From: a virus
Lineage: Duplodnaviria > Caudoviricetes
Virus record (IMG/VR): IMGVR_UViG_3300020577_002599
Location: 1,841 to 65,840 of that record
DNA length: 64,000 bases
Direction: 5' to 3' (one strand)
Shown: positions 22,301-30,421 of the stretch, in pieces
Numbering within the stretch: the first letter of the stretch is position 1
Layout: every line of letters begins with the position of its first letter
Notes under the pieces: model-generated
Told to the model about the DNA's origin: nothing
Seen by the model: only the letters and a program-made list of their open reading frames with translations
Database searches by the model: none
Program-made: the position numbers and the translations under genes

Positions 22301-22651
22301 AAAAGGTGATTCTTTTTTAACCTCTTTTCCTCCTACTTTTTTACCTCCTCCAGCAGAAGATGCCGAAGCCCCAGTTTTCTTTGGTTTTCCTCCAACCGAT
22401 AAAGACTTTGTTTTCTTTGGTGGTTGCTGAGATTCCGATTGAGGAGCTTCTGAAGTAGATGTTGAGGTCACATCTGAATTTTTTTTTTCAGGGGTAGACG
22501 CATTCATTGAACCGTACTTTAATTCAAAAGCAGATTGTAACTCTTCATTAGAAGAATAGTTGTTTGAAATGTGGTCAAGCTTTTCAGGTGTAAGTTCAAC
22601 ACCAGCTTGTGAGTATAATTGTTTTACAAAATTTGTATCAATTCTTGACAT
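13316..22651 (-). CDS. Giant internal virion / DNA-ejection polyvalent protein (3111 aa) with GNAT-like and zincin (MPTase-like) domains
   Basis: Last gene of the core-protein block; GNAT-like segment near aa 1000-1120 (KGVAQDLL..AVELGG.KLDNFDG..LTKQYEKAGF); HEYSH...DEAMAEL near aa 1609. Confidence 0.75.
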   Translation of the reverse strand: MSRIDTNFVKQLYSQAGVELTPEKLDHISNNYSSNEELQSAFELKYGSMNASTPEKKNSDVTSTSTSEAPQSESQQPPKKTKSLSVGGKPKKTGASASSAGGGKKVGGKEVKKESPFGPPIQTFQEQKTQEFKEVKKKEEAKKKEELKSMPVLGKDAQLNVPKTSKISTDMSGNILFSDRVGMNESVSRMTSGKEEIKSKGITSEVEMKQAEGLLPPTSALISDGSIKLDIYSGGGIEDLLKPKSFTEMLDQQSKPFVDQVKESNKPVKVNYDNLILANDYNLPNPYLYYSNSKNGGDNQVNELYTDNLSNLPINKDDFDGFLRKKGYLLDLNKDISSGLYNEDRGVFSENYNARLMKEKRLVDYLSMYISDRNQRDYDKRVIEYKKENPKATSEDIDRNVSKFTFVSDKQFGDYIKDTFPTYAKSIEERKIKEKEQWEETKKNKGDFFSWQTLKKIGSGLSETISNRVSNISSTVYDLIGMEGTAKEIRFSAEEDAFKRPENRDISYVSGKKVMYDGNEYLVDSNGQIYDYNLKKRVTDLFTNTDYKLITKAAEKGEDDNLFSWTGATVQTTNVLADLALQIALTRGAGAGGNIVKSGLSKEGLSILSKVPVSQGMASSATAQTFLGYSEGLENTLVVAKEAGISDSEAKALANDAAIKTAGLYLVTSGISPQSKASFVKKKNELIKEAIDIYAKKGKPAYVKFLNKGISSLKEFFEEGTKETFQEEIQQAGIVYGVNQSINEQAGKEILQSEMTADEIISMLPSTFIAGGIPIMLRNAGGTFSKKDYLSNLDVASNNVDLSNKRLDELLSNNVITSEEHSKSKEDLRVYSQNKNKIPKDTSAEIVLDVAKGLDEISKLEYQKQNLDKAFHSDIDEKIEKKREEIKDLYKKDKENESNKQTTGQVSEQEKPTTATEAETVDATQQKTELQSQEEVKLTPKTETDAVQKQITDEGVLQPEQSKMGLQEMEQGDKINQVVAEQSQEKVNNYVDKLNDVKNSDPETYWYVSSVTLEDASKGKIIDTKDGAAMVKPDGDIVGVFKKPESNSKGVAQDLLKKAVELGGIKLDNFDGYLTKQYEKAGFRVVSKTPFNEEFAPEGWNKEKHGTPDVVAMVYDPKGELNIEEKTFDNKDTGYDDMIAYRDKLISDQAPKFQKSKIKVDGSTVDLITEEMNSMPEEVAKFDIPSNLTTKEKTNIGSLTERFNDKVKTIKDISELDGVPFIFTISDQLTSGKIKNPFTGNTIDVKGGIGFNMTEGNEGNAWANTTEAEANNMLQRATEVYSKNKDLFNRLWSEGKIPNGHVPMAVVKMGQTSIKSNEALFRFASDTFKKKFSKAKRIASKNGLLKDLKYAKDIDQDVIDFVSKQNTIDEVLDNIKELSISKRPDITRFVFTGDVKLGAKTSPGKPKSNAGSALVRENKDDYKYVHLQTINNLISEPATASIPDSHIVSVVGVDVLNPSVTKVDHQNYPFGVKGQLIGILENPVHAADVFPEMYSKSIYLQKENKSGVPTSPETAVRQSVAAGGAVVGIKAFRGAKISTKMTELQKLLGKLKPAFPSVTIVDTREEFLKELENPNVKRFIKDGDVVYGFTKDGKVFLNPDKANSNTAIHEYSHIWTAFLKENNPSLLKKGYDLLEGTSILNDKIVEFGDNELARDEAMAELIANKGETIIEAGIRSKFINWLNAVFNYVKSNFKSFDKMSATELQNLNLNQFLDRSLSSLLGGKEITSKETKGVDVKFSKEANKKELSDAKKEIQSIFSAAKEALKIQKDRNKVIDGLKKDVNKFVKSAIQDLEAGDIGKRAISSIISKVQSVTDQNFEEKLLEVNDILDNLYTNRDVNKAKADSKNAYSNVMSGKVGKLDKEGDMDKVMSSKVVGLTMLDPNILKKVLSDDDFSQYKDYINRLAERSLAIKETDLKAINDLYDRIISPYTDHVSEVNRIQQIIDAGGTLNSAESKFLEDNKSEFSERETPESIAEKEAKKADRDAKKQAEIAEKKRKIKELLPFISDVFASSIAEKGSIEWDILENLSNLTDEDIESMPENMLNNVFNALNSMVYNDVLVSYANEIHKYKLKQDHKKTFTETLSKAGKKGIYKAKLIKPLLKLREVIGLPMSAIWNGIKNGNLKQEIIDRRIKFFNFSSIDAAVKVYGETPIFNNIMSRFGKAMARVSSAEEKAETILLKVKKDLDKKSKNPQESYMKIVYHLIDAMAKNNVGTKSEVSAMEYFEATLSDPNSKIAENNRAKELIQAFVNKVKANNNEIEELTKEELNAVNAIRKVLDDNKINAYEANFFQNSNASPMINAYYPVMNSLKNQAEQDLVKLKNRFGISNVVSIKSGNLEEKTGTAHPIDMNPFSTAFSSIKSTIFQHQLRTEYQALKQALSELEIENTNNKEVLSYLSGIKKAVDSQFELLTNGVVGTEQTLADDVLNAMDKSFYTLALGSVISRGVDFLGNMVQLATISPKILANNRRVLNNLLAIKKDDESGTEILRNFYKNAEASDINKMISSKKISTERTEFMNRGANRGVLSKGLPSSNIGTKIKARITDPITSATSGAVDLLLGFGDVKPYGMSWNGVFYEEFKKQAGVEVDVEKIARGDVEYLKRYKDAIKKASNKANQENADLYGSTNPMEKKVGIMEIAKKPVKSSLAGAIGALRNKAAYLFSSFDMNARNAINTSINTYIENQDSREARKLIGGAVRLAMYSASINYITSALWNAFKGDDDDEDELKKSFDKLSDNDDFIKYVNSSLLDFPIQKDAEGNIIQLNIDDLARYNEMRDKLMSNKEFAKAYDIMYGYLNRDLFDIQVRSKVNQINQGNYEYDRSVVDGFFTDIDNGFGKSGEDIIEVLGILNSEQGYKMFTQEEIDGNILKVEEYMSKIDFLNNRAIRESGGAIDRLLITKVASTLSDYRTDTSLESVRNTEGLKLLMGMMFSRSNNFGKAAANYSAEFANKLITESKRGERGYDVYKDGIFQSPVKYKLKEDASLIDDAVNVLFPVFQKFDKYRYSDYSLPDLIRFTPMGILGVNDLAKINSKMKNDVIYQETNGKYKENILKDISKTKIDILRDKKKVEQDRLDEQFKKSRVIPGVKETKLKSRFPSYNENKDLKVNGRSAN

Positions 22652-22682
22652 ATACTTGATTTTACTTTTTTAAATATTTTAA

Positions 22683-24047
22683 TTATAAACCTCTATCTAT
22701 AAATAACGCTTTCTTGAAGTCGTCTATTGTTTGTAGATCAGTTCCAAACGATGAGTTATATACGGTCTTGAACGCATTGAATTCACTACTGTTAGAAGGA
22801 AACCACTTAGTTACTTTATTACTACTTCCTTCACTAGCTCCACTACCGTTATTACCCATAGACTCACGAGATGAAGCATTAAACGCAATACCAATATACA
22901 TTTGGTCTGTATCTGGGTCGTATAAAACCCTATCTAAAGGCATACTATTAACTAATAACGTCTTACCTGTTGAGTTGGATATTGTTGTTGTCTTAGCTTT
23001 ACCAGCTGTAACAGGAACTTTTTTGATACTAGTTCTTCCTGGAGCGCTACCTGGCTCTTCGATATTTATTGTTGAACTATCCCATAAAGTAGGTGTTCCA
23101 ACCTTCATTCCGTCTTTTCCAGAACCGCCTCTTTTTGATTTCTGAGATATAGAATATTCTATTTCGTCTCTATAAGCATTTTTTAATTCTTTGTAGAAAA
23201 AATCTTCAGCATCTTTAATTTGATCCTTATCCATTTTATAAAAATCAAATAAACTTATATTGTTTTCTGATGCATATAAAGCTCTTGCACCTACATCTTT
23301 AGACATTTGTTTTGCTTTTGACCTCAATTCATCCTCTACTCTTTCATCATTTAATATAGTTTCAGCACCTTTTACTCCATACAAGTCTCCTGAGTTTATT
23401 ATGTTTTCTAAAAAGTCTGGTCTATATGTTTTTGCAAAATTCTTAGCTGTATTTGTTAGCATTTCAGGAGTGTACTTAGGAGGTATCTCATAAGATTTTA
23501 ATAATTCTGGAATTGTTTTATCAACAACAATAGGAATTGTTTTTTCTTCATCTTCATATATAGTTATCCTATGCTCCTTTGTTTCCTTATCATACTTTCT
23601 ATCTACTTTAGCTTCGTTTATACTTCCTGTTAAAGCCCAAAATTGATTATAATAATTTTGATTAAGATTTTCTCTGTTTTTTTCTATTTGTTCTGATTTT
23701 CTGTTTGTAAACTCAATAGCATTATTTATAGTTGAGAGTTGGTCTTTAGCTCTATTCATACCTTGCATATCACCTCTATTATATGCATCTATAAATTCTT
23801 GTTTTAAAACTTTTAAGTCTTCATTTGTTTGATTTTCAAGCTCTGTTATGTTACTTATTTTCTTATCTCCAAGAGAAATTTTATCCAACTGAGCTTGCTT
23901 TTTAGCTTTAGCTTCTTCTTCTCTTTTTGCTTTAGCTTTCTTTTCAGCATCAATTCTATCAAACTGGTCTTGAACCATTCCTCCAAAGTCAGGTCCTTGA
24001 ACTGGTTGTACTGTTGCGTATGTTCCTACATTACCTACTATTGCCAT
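22683..24047 (-). CDS. Probable internal virion (ejection) protein
   Basis: Helical 454-aa protein at the T7 gp15-like position. Confidence 0.55.
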   Translation of the reverse strand: MAIVGNVGTYATVQPVQGPDFGGMVQDQFDRIDAEKKAKAKREEEAKAKKQAQLDKISLGDKKISNITELENQTNEDLKVLKQEFIDAYNRGDMQGMNRAKDQLSTINNAIEFTNRKSEQIEKNRENLNQNYYNQFWALTGSINEAKVDRKYDKETKEHRITIYEDEEKTIPIVVDKTIPELLKSYEIPPKYTPEMLTNTAKNFAKTYRPDFLENIINSGDLYGVKGAETILNDERVEDELRSKAKQMSKDVGARALYASENNISLFDFYKMDKDQIKDAEDFFYKELKNAYRDEIEYSISQKSKRGGSGKDGMKVGTPTLWDSSTINIEEPGSAPGRTSIKKVPVTAGKAKTTTISNSTGKTLLVNSMPLDRVLYDPDTDQMYIGIAFNASSRESMGNNGSGASEGSSNKVTKWFPSNSSEFNAFKTVYNSSFGTDLQTIDDFKKALFIDRGL

Positions 24048-24049
24048 AA

Positions 24050-24676
24050 TTATCTAAATATGCTTGTTAATTGTTCAGATAAACTAGGACTTGATATTGC
24101 TTGATTAGCAGCTCCTAAAGCATCTTTTCTTGACCATCCAGTATTTGGCTCTTTCTTGTCATCAATTGATTTTCCCAAAGCGCCAAGACCAGCAATAGTA
24201 CTTTGAGCCACGCCACCAATACCTTGCCACATCATTTGATTTCCTGCATTGTATTGAGAAGATAATCCTGCAATATCAGAGTACTCTCTTTGCTCCTGCA
24301 TTCCTCTAATTGTAGCTTCGTCTTGCGCTCTAATTTGGTCTATCTGTTTTTGTTGCGCATCTAAATCAGCAGCGATTTGTCTATTAACCATTTGATTTCC
24401 TGCTTCAACTCTTCCAAGACCACCGATAACACCTCTTACTCCTATACCTTGTAGTGCGTCAACCTGAGAAGAAGCTAACCTTGCTTGCTCCTCTCTTTGT
24501 AAATCAGCTCCTAAAGTAGAAACTTGAAGTCCTTCAGCAATATTATTAAATTCCTGTCTCTTATAATTATCTAAAGCGTTTTTTGCATCTCTTGCGTCTT
24601 TCGCCCCTTTTATAGCTTGGTATCCTGAACCTAATAGCCCAACACCAGCCATTGCAATACTCGTAGCAGCAGCCAT
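24050..24676 (-). CDS. Probable internal virion / DNA pilot protein
   Basis: Gly/Ala-rich hydrophobic termini flanking a Gln-rich coiled coil; T7 gp14-like position. Confidence 0.6.
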   Translation of the reverse strand: MAAATSIAMAGVGLLGSGYQAIKGAKDARDAKNALDNYKRQEFNNIAEGLQVSTLGADLQREEQARLASSQVDALQGIGVRGVIGGLGRVEAGNQMVNRQIAADLDAQQKQIDQIRAQDEATIRGMQEQREYSDIAGLSSQYNAGNQMMWQGIGGVAQSTIAGLGALGKSIDDKKEPNTGWSRKDALGAANQAISSPSLSEQLTSIFR

Positions 24677-24680
24677 ATCT

Positions 24681-25088
24681 TTATAGTATTTTTATTAATT
24701 CTGTTGTTCCTTTTGTTCCAATAGAGAATCCGTTCTCTATATATTTATTAATTAAATTCTCGTTCTTAATAGATGAAAATATCACTGAGAATCCTAACTC
24801 CTTAGCGGAAGAAGAAAGTTCTTCTAATAGCGTTAAAATAGCATTATTTCGTTCATCAGATGTTGTCTTTGGATTTGTTACAATAAATTCTAACCAAGCA
24901 ATACCTGAATTAGTTTCATACAAGAATCCTGAAGCTAAATCTTTACCTTCTTCTGACACAATAAGACCATTAAACAATCCTTCTTCATATTGAGGTAATA
25001 AAAGAGGTGATGGAGCTGGAAATCTCCAAAAACTCCACCATTCTTTTAATATTTCGTAATCAGTATGTCTTGCTATTCTTATATCCAT
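24681..25088 (-). CDS. GNAT-fold protein (T7 gp13-like position)
   Basis: LASGFLY..AWLEFIVTNP..AKELGF..YIENGF pattern; ATG at 25088. Confidence 0.65.
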   Translation of the reverse strand: MDIRIARHTDYEILKEWWSFWRFPAPSPLLLPQYEEGLFNGLIVSEEGKDLASGFLYETNSGIAWLEFIVTNPKTTSDERNNAILTLLEELSSSAKELGFSVIFSSIKNENLINKYIENGFSIGTKGTTELIKIL

Positions 25089-25106
25089 ATTGCAAAGATA
25101 AAGCAT

Positions 25107-28100
25107 TTATTCAAAGGATTTTGCTACTTCTGAATTTACAGCAAATACTTCTGCATACCCTGTAGTATTTAATTCCATTCTACAGTTCATATAATAACCT
25201 CTAATACCTGATGTCTCAATGTTACTTGGTTTTGAAGCTAATAAGAAAGTACCTACACCTACGACAAATGGTAGTCCTGGGAGTACAGATATTGTAACGA
25301 AATAACTTCCTATAGCAGAAACAGTTCCAAAAACAGCTCCAGTAGATATATGAATAGTATCTCCTACACTCAATTGATTTGGTATTTCAGATAACGTATA
25401 TTCGCTACCAGATATACCCTGAACTTCTCCAAGACCAAATACTGATATTGTACTAAAATCTAAAGAGTTATTTCCTCTAATATAAGCATATTGAACTCCT
25501 TCTTTATTTACATAGTCTGCGGAATATATTATTCCATTCTGTATATCTGTTTTAAGAGTTGTATTCCAAGACATATTACCCTCTATAGATATATTCTTGA
25601 ATATCTTTCTTGTTGATGGCTCTTCGTTGAAATTAAACTCAAAGTAAGATGAATTCGGTGTTCCGTAGAAGTTGTTGTAAGCTCCTATATTATGCTTGTA
25701 AACATCTGCTCCTTTGAATGACAAGAACTCATTGTTAACCTTAAGCATTGAGTCTGGGTCAAATGATTGTTTTCCTAAGAATCCTTGAGCATCATCTGAG
25801 AATGTCCACGTTACATAGTCATACTTAACAGGTAGACTTGTGTAATCTTTTCCTGGAATCTTATACTTGATATTTAAAACGTACAAGTCATAGAATGGAT
25901 CATAACCACCAATAGTATTAAGTATTTGGTTATCTCTAAATAACGTCTTAAAGTACTCCTTCATACCAAAAGCACTAATCTCAGAAAGACCATTAGATTC
26001 ATTGTATCTCAATACCACACCTCTTTTTGTATCTGTAGCAAATGAGTTGGTAGCGTATTCTCTATAAGAGTCTGCAAAAGTAGAAATACCATACTCTCCT
26101 CCATACATAACTTGTTGACCAAGAACATCTTCTATCCTAGAAAGATTCGTAGTAGCGTCTGCATTGTATAATAAATCCTTACCATACAATACTTTACTCC
26201 ATTTATCTTCTTGAATAACCAACAAATCAGTTGCATCTGAATCTAATTTTACAATTTTACCATACTTCTTCTCTAAGTCGTCTTTGTAGTTTGCTAAAGA
26301 AAGGTTAAACCTATTAAGTCTATTTATATTAGTTCCTTCTTGGTAAACGCCAGAGTAAGTTAAATCAGCATATCTATGAATTTGTCTGTATTGGTCTTCA
26401 GTTATACTTGTTGGGTTTGAGTTTAAATAAAACTTCTTACCATTAAAAGAGTCTTTTATAGCATTACTTTCGCAACCATTTCCAAAAGTGAAACAGTTAA
26501 ATGTTTTGTTTAATACGTGTACATTTGGCTGAGAAATACTTCCTGAAAAATGCTGACCATTTACAACATTATATGTTTCAACACTTTCGTAGTAAGGAGC
26601 ATTTAGATTCTCTGCTTTGTAATTCTCAAATATTAATGTTCCTGAAGAAAATTTAACATCGAAAACAATATTTACACGAACATCACTTCTTTGAGTTCCG
26701 TTTCTATTTGAAGCTATATAAAACCTCTTTTCGCCATCCCAATCATAATCTTGAAGTCTATCTGCTGCAAAATTTAACCAAGACTGATTGTCTGCAATTT
26801 CTGCTTCCCACCAAGCTTTTATAGACGGATAATCATCTTCTGCAAATTTTATAATTTCAACACTTTGGTCAAAAGCTCCATTCTTAAACATATACATTCT
26901 TGCAAAGAATCTTATTTGGCTACCATTCTTTACTGGAGTAGGAATAAACACAGTAGGGTTAGTTTCATCATAAGAGCCAAATAAAGGACTTGTATAAACA
27001 GGGTCTGCATAAGCATATCTTCTCTTTAAAAAACCTTCATATTTTACAAAAGTATCTCCATCTATGTTTACATCAAAAGCTCCTTGTTTTATTTTGAAAT
27101 ATAATCCACTGCTTTCTATGATAGGATCACCACCTACAGTTTCATTATCTGGTAAGAAGTCTTTAGTTTGAGTTGTAACCTCTAAAACCTTAACTTGTAT
27201 AGGGTTTTCAACAACTCCAGAGTAATCTGATTTTAATTCAAGAATATCTCCTTCTTTTACTTTATTTTTATTCTCACCAACAAGCTGTATCCATCTATAT
27301 ATTCCATCTTCATAAACAACGTTTCCGTATATAGTATCGTACTCTCTTTTTGTTTCTTTTATAGCAAACTTATAATACTTAGCCCAAGAAGGAGGGTTGC
27401 TTACCGTAGTAACTCTTATTTTGTTTACGTTTTCGCTTTCAGACGTAGGTATATAAACAGAAGTGTTTCCTCCACTTAATACAGTTGTTTTCCTACCTTT
27501 ATCATCTAAATATATTATATCACAAGTGTAATCTCTATTAGAGTGCATACTTGCGAATGCATCTTCACTGTATAGACCAAAATTTAAAGACCTTATTAAG
27601 TAAAAATCATCTTTATCTTCAATTATACCACTATCCTCTGTAACAAGGTATTGTATATATATAGAAGTTATTGTTAGTGTGTTACCAGAATAAGTAGCTC
27701 TAAATGGCTCAACACTTGTTATTGTAGCTCCTGCATTACTTGCTTTTATATTTGCTCCAGAATAAAAAGCTGTTGAAAAAGCACCCTCAAAGTCTAGAAC
27801 AAATCCTGAATTAGTCATAAAGTCAGCTAAATCAGTATATGATTCTGTAAGGTTGTAAAAATAAGTAAACTCTGGAGCTACTTCGTAAACTAAAGATGAT
27901 TGTAATTCAAAATCAAACCTCATTTGAGAGCCGCTGGTGAAATCAAAATCTGTAAAATCAAAATCAACAGAGTAATTAATAATTGTGTCTCCTATTAAAG
28001 TTGAATCGTAACCCCCGCTTTTTGGATATGATAATTGGTCATATGCGTAATATTTATATTTAGACTGATATATCTTGCCTATACTTGTATAATATGCATT

Positions 28101-29564
28101 GTAATCTAAATCAAAGTCATAAATTAAACCATCATCAGAAACAACATATGCTTGTAAGTTATATATAGTTCCTGAAGATATAGGCATTGTGTATGTTATA
28201 TTTTGCTCTCCAGAAACATTTAACGTAGAAAACAAAGTAGTACTTCCGTCTTTTACATACACAGAATATATATTGCTGAAATATAATCCTTTTGGGGATA
28301 CCTTTATTATTAAATCTATATTAGTAGATAATGGAAAGTCTGTAGCTCTATCTACAACAATAGTATTTGTTGTATAGTTCATTTCGTTTACAGGAGCAGA
28401 ACCACCTTCTTCTGTTCCAAATTCAAAATCAACAACGTTTGAATATATTGCAGTGTCAACAACATTATTTATATCACCTTCTTTTTCATCTAATACCAAT
28501 GAAGTAGATTTATAATCAACTTGTAATTTTACTTTTTCATTTATGTCTCTACCTTCAATATAGTTCCCATAAATAAGTCTATTCCCAATCTTAGCCTGAG
28601 TATATGCTCTTAATGGAACGTTATCAAAATTTAAAAAATATTCAGACTCTGGTAATACGCTATAAATTTTATTTCCATAAAAACTATAAGAAACTTGCTG
28701 GTTTTCTATATTCCATCCCTCTTCAGATTTTAATAGTTTATCTATGACATATACTGTACTTGAATCGCTTTCCTTAAATAATAAATCAATACCTATTACG
28801 TGTCTGCTACCTACATTAAAATTGATTACAATTGTATTGGCTAAATTAACCATACCATTGTTCTCGTATGTCTGATAATCTAACTGAAATGAAGAAGGCA
28901 AGAAAGCTACTTGACTCCAAGAAGAAAATGCAGAATAATATCCATCCTCATATTTATATCTGTAAGCAAACTGTAAAAATTTATCCTCAAAGAAGTTTGT
29001 TGTTTCTATAGTGCTTGTTGCCTGTAAAGTAAGTACTGGCGCATATATAGGAGATGGCTTCATTACAGATATTTCATCTTCAGTAAAACCATCAACACCA
29101 TAAGTCTTTGCTCTCTCTATATTTATAATTCTTGGTGGATTTAAACCGTCAGTCCAAGATAATAAGTCTTCGCCTTCAACACTTACAAATATGTCAGAAT
29201 GCGATATTCGATATGCTGAGTCAAAATTTAAAACTCCAGTTCCGTGAGTAGACTGCAACACAATCTCTGTGGTATTATCTGAAAGATTAAACTGAATCAC
29301 ATAATCATATCCTGGAGATGTAACAAAATAAAAGCATCTGTTACTTGCATCGTCATCTATACTTCCTATAGTTTCAGAGCCAGCAATGTTAAGAGATGTA
29401 ACCTTTACATTACCTTTTACGTTCTTTAAAACACCAACACCACCTCCATCTTCAGAAATAACCATTACATTCTCTGCATCAGTCATCTGACCATTAGGAG
29501 TTAGTCTTTCATCGAAGTCTTTATTAACTGTTGCTTTAAGAAAATTATTTTTTATTTTAGCCAT
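25107..29564 (-). CDS. Tail nozzle / stabilization protein (P22 gp10 / T7 gp12-like), 1485 aa
   Basis: Beta-rich; SWTDGLNPPRIIN and TWTFSDDAQGF..KQSF motifs; follows the ring proteins. Confidence 0.75.
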   Translation of the reverse strand: MAKIKNNFLKATVNKDFDERLTPNGQMTDAENVMVISEDGGGVGVLKNVKGNVKVTSLNIAGSETIGSIDDDASNRCFYFVTSPGYDYVIQFNLSDNTTEIVLQSTHGTGVLNFDSAYRISHSDIFVSVEGEDLLSWTDGLNPPRIINIERAKTYGVDGFTEDEISVMKPSPIYAPVLTLQATSTIETTNFFEDKFLQFAYRYKYEDGYYSAFSSWSQVAFLPSSFQLDYQTYENNGMVNLANTIVINFNVGSRHVIGIDLLFKESDSSTVYVIDKLLKSEEGWNIENQQVSYSFYGNKIYSVLPESEYFLNFDNVPLRAYTQAKIGNRLIYGNYIEGRDINEKVKLQVDYKSTSLVLDEKEGDINNVVDTAIYSNVVDFEFGTEEGGSAPVNEMNYTTNTIVVDRATDFPLSTNIDLIIKVSPKGLYFSNIYSVYVKDGSTTLFSTLNVSGEQNITYTMPISSGTIYNLQAYVVSDDGLIYDFDLDYNAYYTSIGKIYQSKYKYYAYDQLSYPKSGGYDSTLIGDTIINYSVDFDFTDFDFTSGSQMRFDFELQSSLVYEVAPEFTYFYNLTESYTDLADFMTNSGFVLDFEGAFSTAFYSGANIKASNAGATITSVEPFRATYSGNTLTITSIYIQYLVTEDSGIIEDKDDFYLIRSLNFGLYSEDAFASMHSNRDYTCDIIYLDDKGRKTTVLSGGNTSVYIPTSESENVNKIRVTTVSNPPSWAKYYKFAIKETKREYDTIYGNVVYEDGIYRWIQLVGENKNKVKEGDILELKSDYSGVVENPIQVKVLEVTTQTKDFLPDNETVGGDPIIESSGLYFKIKQGAFDVNIDGDTFVKYEGFLKRRYAYADPVYTSPLFGSYDETNPTVFIPTPVKNGSQIRFFARMYMFKNGAFDQSVEIIKFAEDDYPSIKAWWEAEIADNQSWLNFAADRLQDYDWDGEKRFYIASNRNGTQRSDVRVNIVFDVKFSSGTLIFENYKAENLNAPYYESVETYNVVNGQHFSGSISQPNVHVLNKTFNCFTFGNGCESNAIKDSFNGKKFYLNSNPTSITEDQYRQIHRYADLTYSGVYQEGTNINRLNRFNLSLANYKDDLEKKYGKIVKLDSDATDLLVIQEDKWSKVLYGKDLLYNADATTNLSRIEDVLGQQVMYGGEYGISTFADSYREYATNSFATDTKRGVVLRYNESNGLSEISAFGMKEYFKTLFRDNQILNTIGGYDPFYDLYVLNIKYKIPGKDYTSLPVKYDYVTWTFSDDAQGFLGKQSFDPDSMLKVNNEFLSFKGADVYKHNIGAYNNFYGTPNSSYFEFNFNEEPSTRKIFKNISIEGNMSWNTTLKTDIQNGIIYSADYVNKEGVQYAYIRGNNSLDFSTISVFGLGEVQGISGSEYTLSEIPNQLSVGDTIHISTGAVFGTVSAIGSYFVTISVLPGLPFVVGVGTFLLASKPSNIETSGIRGYYMNCRMELNTTGYAEVFAVNSEVAKSFE

Positions 29565-30412
29565 TTTTTTCTACCATTTAATAGGATAAGTAACTCAGCT
29601 CCATTTAGATCTAACATTCTAATATTAGCATTCTGTAAGTCTCTATAGTAGTCTTTTTTTGCTCTGTTTATAATATACTCTTGAACACCATACTTATTGT
29701 TTAAGATAGCGTATCTAACATAGCTATATAAAGCCTGCTCAGCAAACTTATGGACCATAATCTCATCTCCATTGTTATACTCAAGACCATCAGAGATATA
29801 TTCTAAAACTATAATTCTTCCTTTGACATTTGAAGAGAAAGACATAACTCCTTTTCTTTTATCTATATAGAAATATCCATTTGCATTTAGATTAGGATTT
29901 ATTCCAAAATTAGGAGAGTGGTATTCATATTCCTCACAAACATCAGAAGTAGTTCCACTAACTAAACTATATCTTTTAAATGTTTCTGTTTCATTTGCCT
30001 CTAAAGGGTATCCATTTTCATCAAACAAGATGTTGTATTGGTGGTCTTGTAAATAAGCAGTACCTATAAGTGTTCTTGAGTCTTGAGATAAAGGTCTTAA
30101 TAGACCATCATCTCCTAGTACTGAAACCCTAACATAAGAAACGTAATCGTGTGGTAAAGTCAAAAGTAAAGCGTCATTAAGTTCTAATTCAACAACCTTC
30201 ACCTCTTTTAGTGTATCGTAATTAAACTCCTGTATTCCTCTTTTAAAGTGTTGTAACACAGTGTATCTCTTAACGTTTGACAATAATCTATCATCTCCAA
30301 TCTGTTCTAACATAAAGTTGTTTACCAATTGAGATAACGGAACATATTGATAATCTCCCCAATTACTCTCGTTTTGGTAGTAATCAATAGGAGGTAATAT
30401 TTGATGTGCCAT
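29552..30412 (-). CDS. Head-tail ring/adaptor protein
   Basis: LTLPHDYVSYVRVS and VHKFAEQALYSY segments; synteny between capsid and nozzle. Confidence 0.65.
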   Translation of the reverse strand: MAHQILPPIDYYQNESNWGDYQYVPLSQLVNNFMLEQIGDDRLLSNVKRYTVLQHFKRGIQEFNYDTLKEVKVVELELNDALLLTLPHDYVSYVRVSVLGDDGLLRPLSQDSRTLIGTAYLQDHQYNILFDENGYPLEANETETFKRYSLVSGTTSDVCEEYEYHSPNFGINPNLNANGYFYIDKRKGVMSFSSNVKGRIIVLEYISDGLEYNNGDEIMVHKFAEQALYSYVRYAILNNKYGVQEYIINRAKKDYYRDLQNANIRMLDLNGAELLILLNGRKKWLK

Positions 30413-30421
30413 ATTTTATTT

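Noticed and set aside
13316-22651. crAss-like or N4-like virion RNA polymerase
   Set aside because: I found no DFDID/DxDGD-type catalytic motif in a polymerase context; host-type promoters precede the operons.
16515-23493. Plus-strand ORFs antisense to the structural genes (e.g. 16515, 17304, 18396, 22714)
   Set aside because: Ser/Phe/Leu-rich shadows of the minus-strand coding frame.
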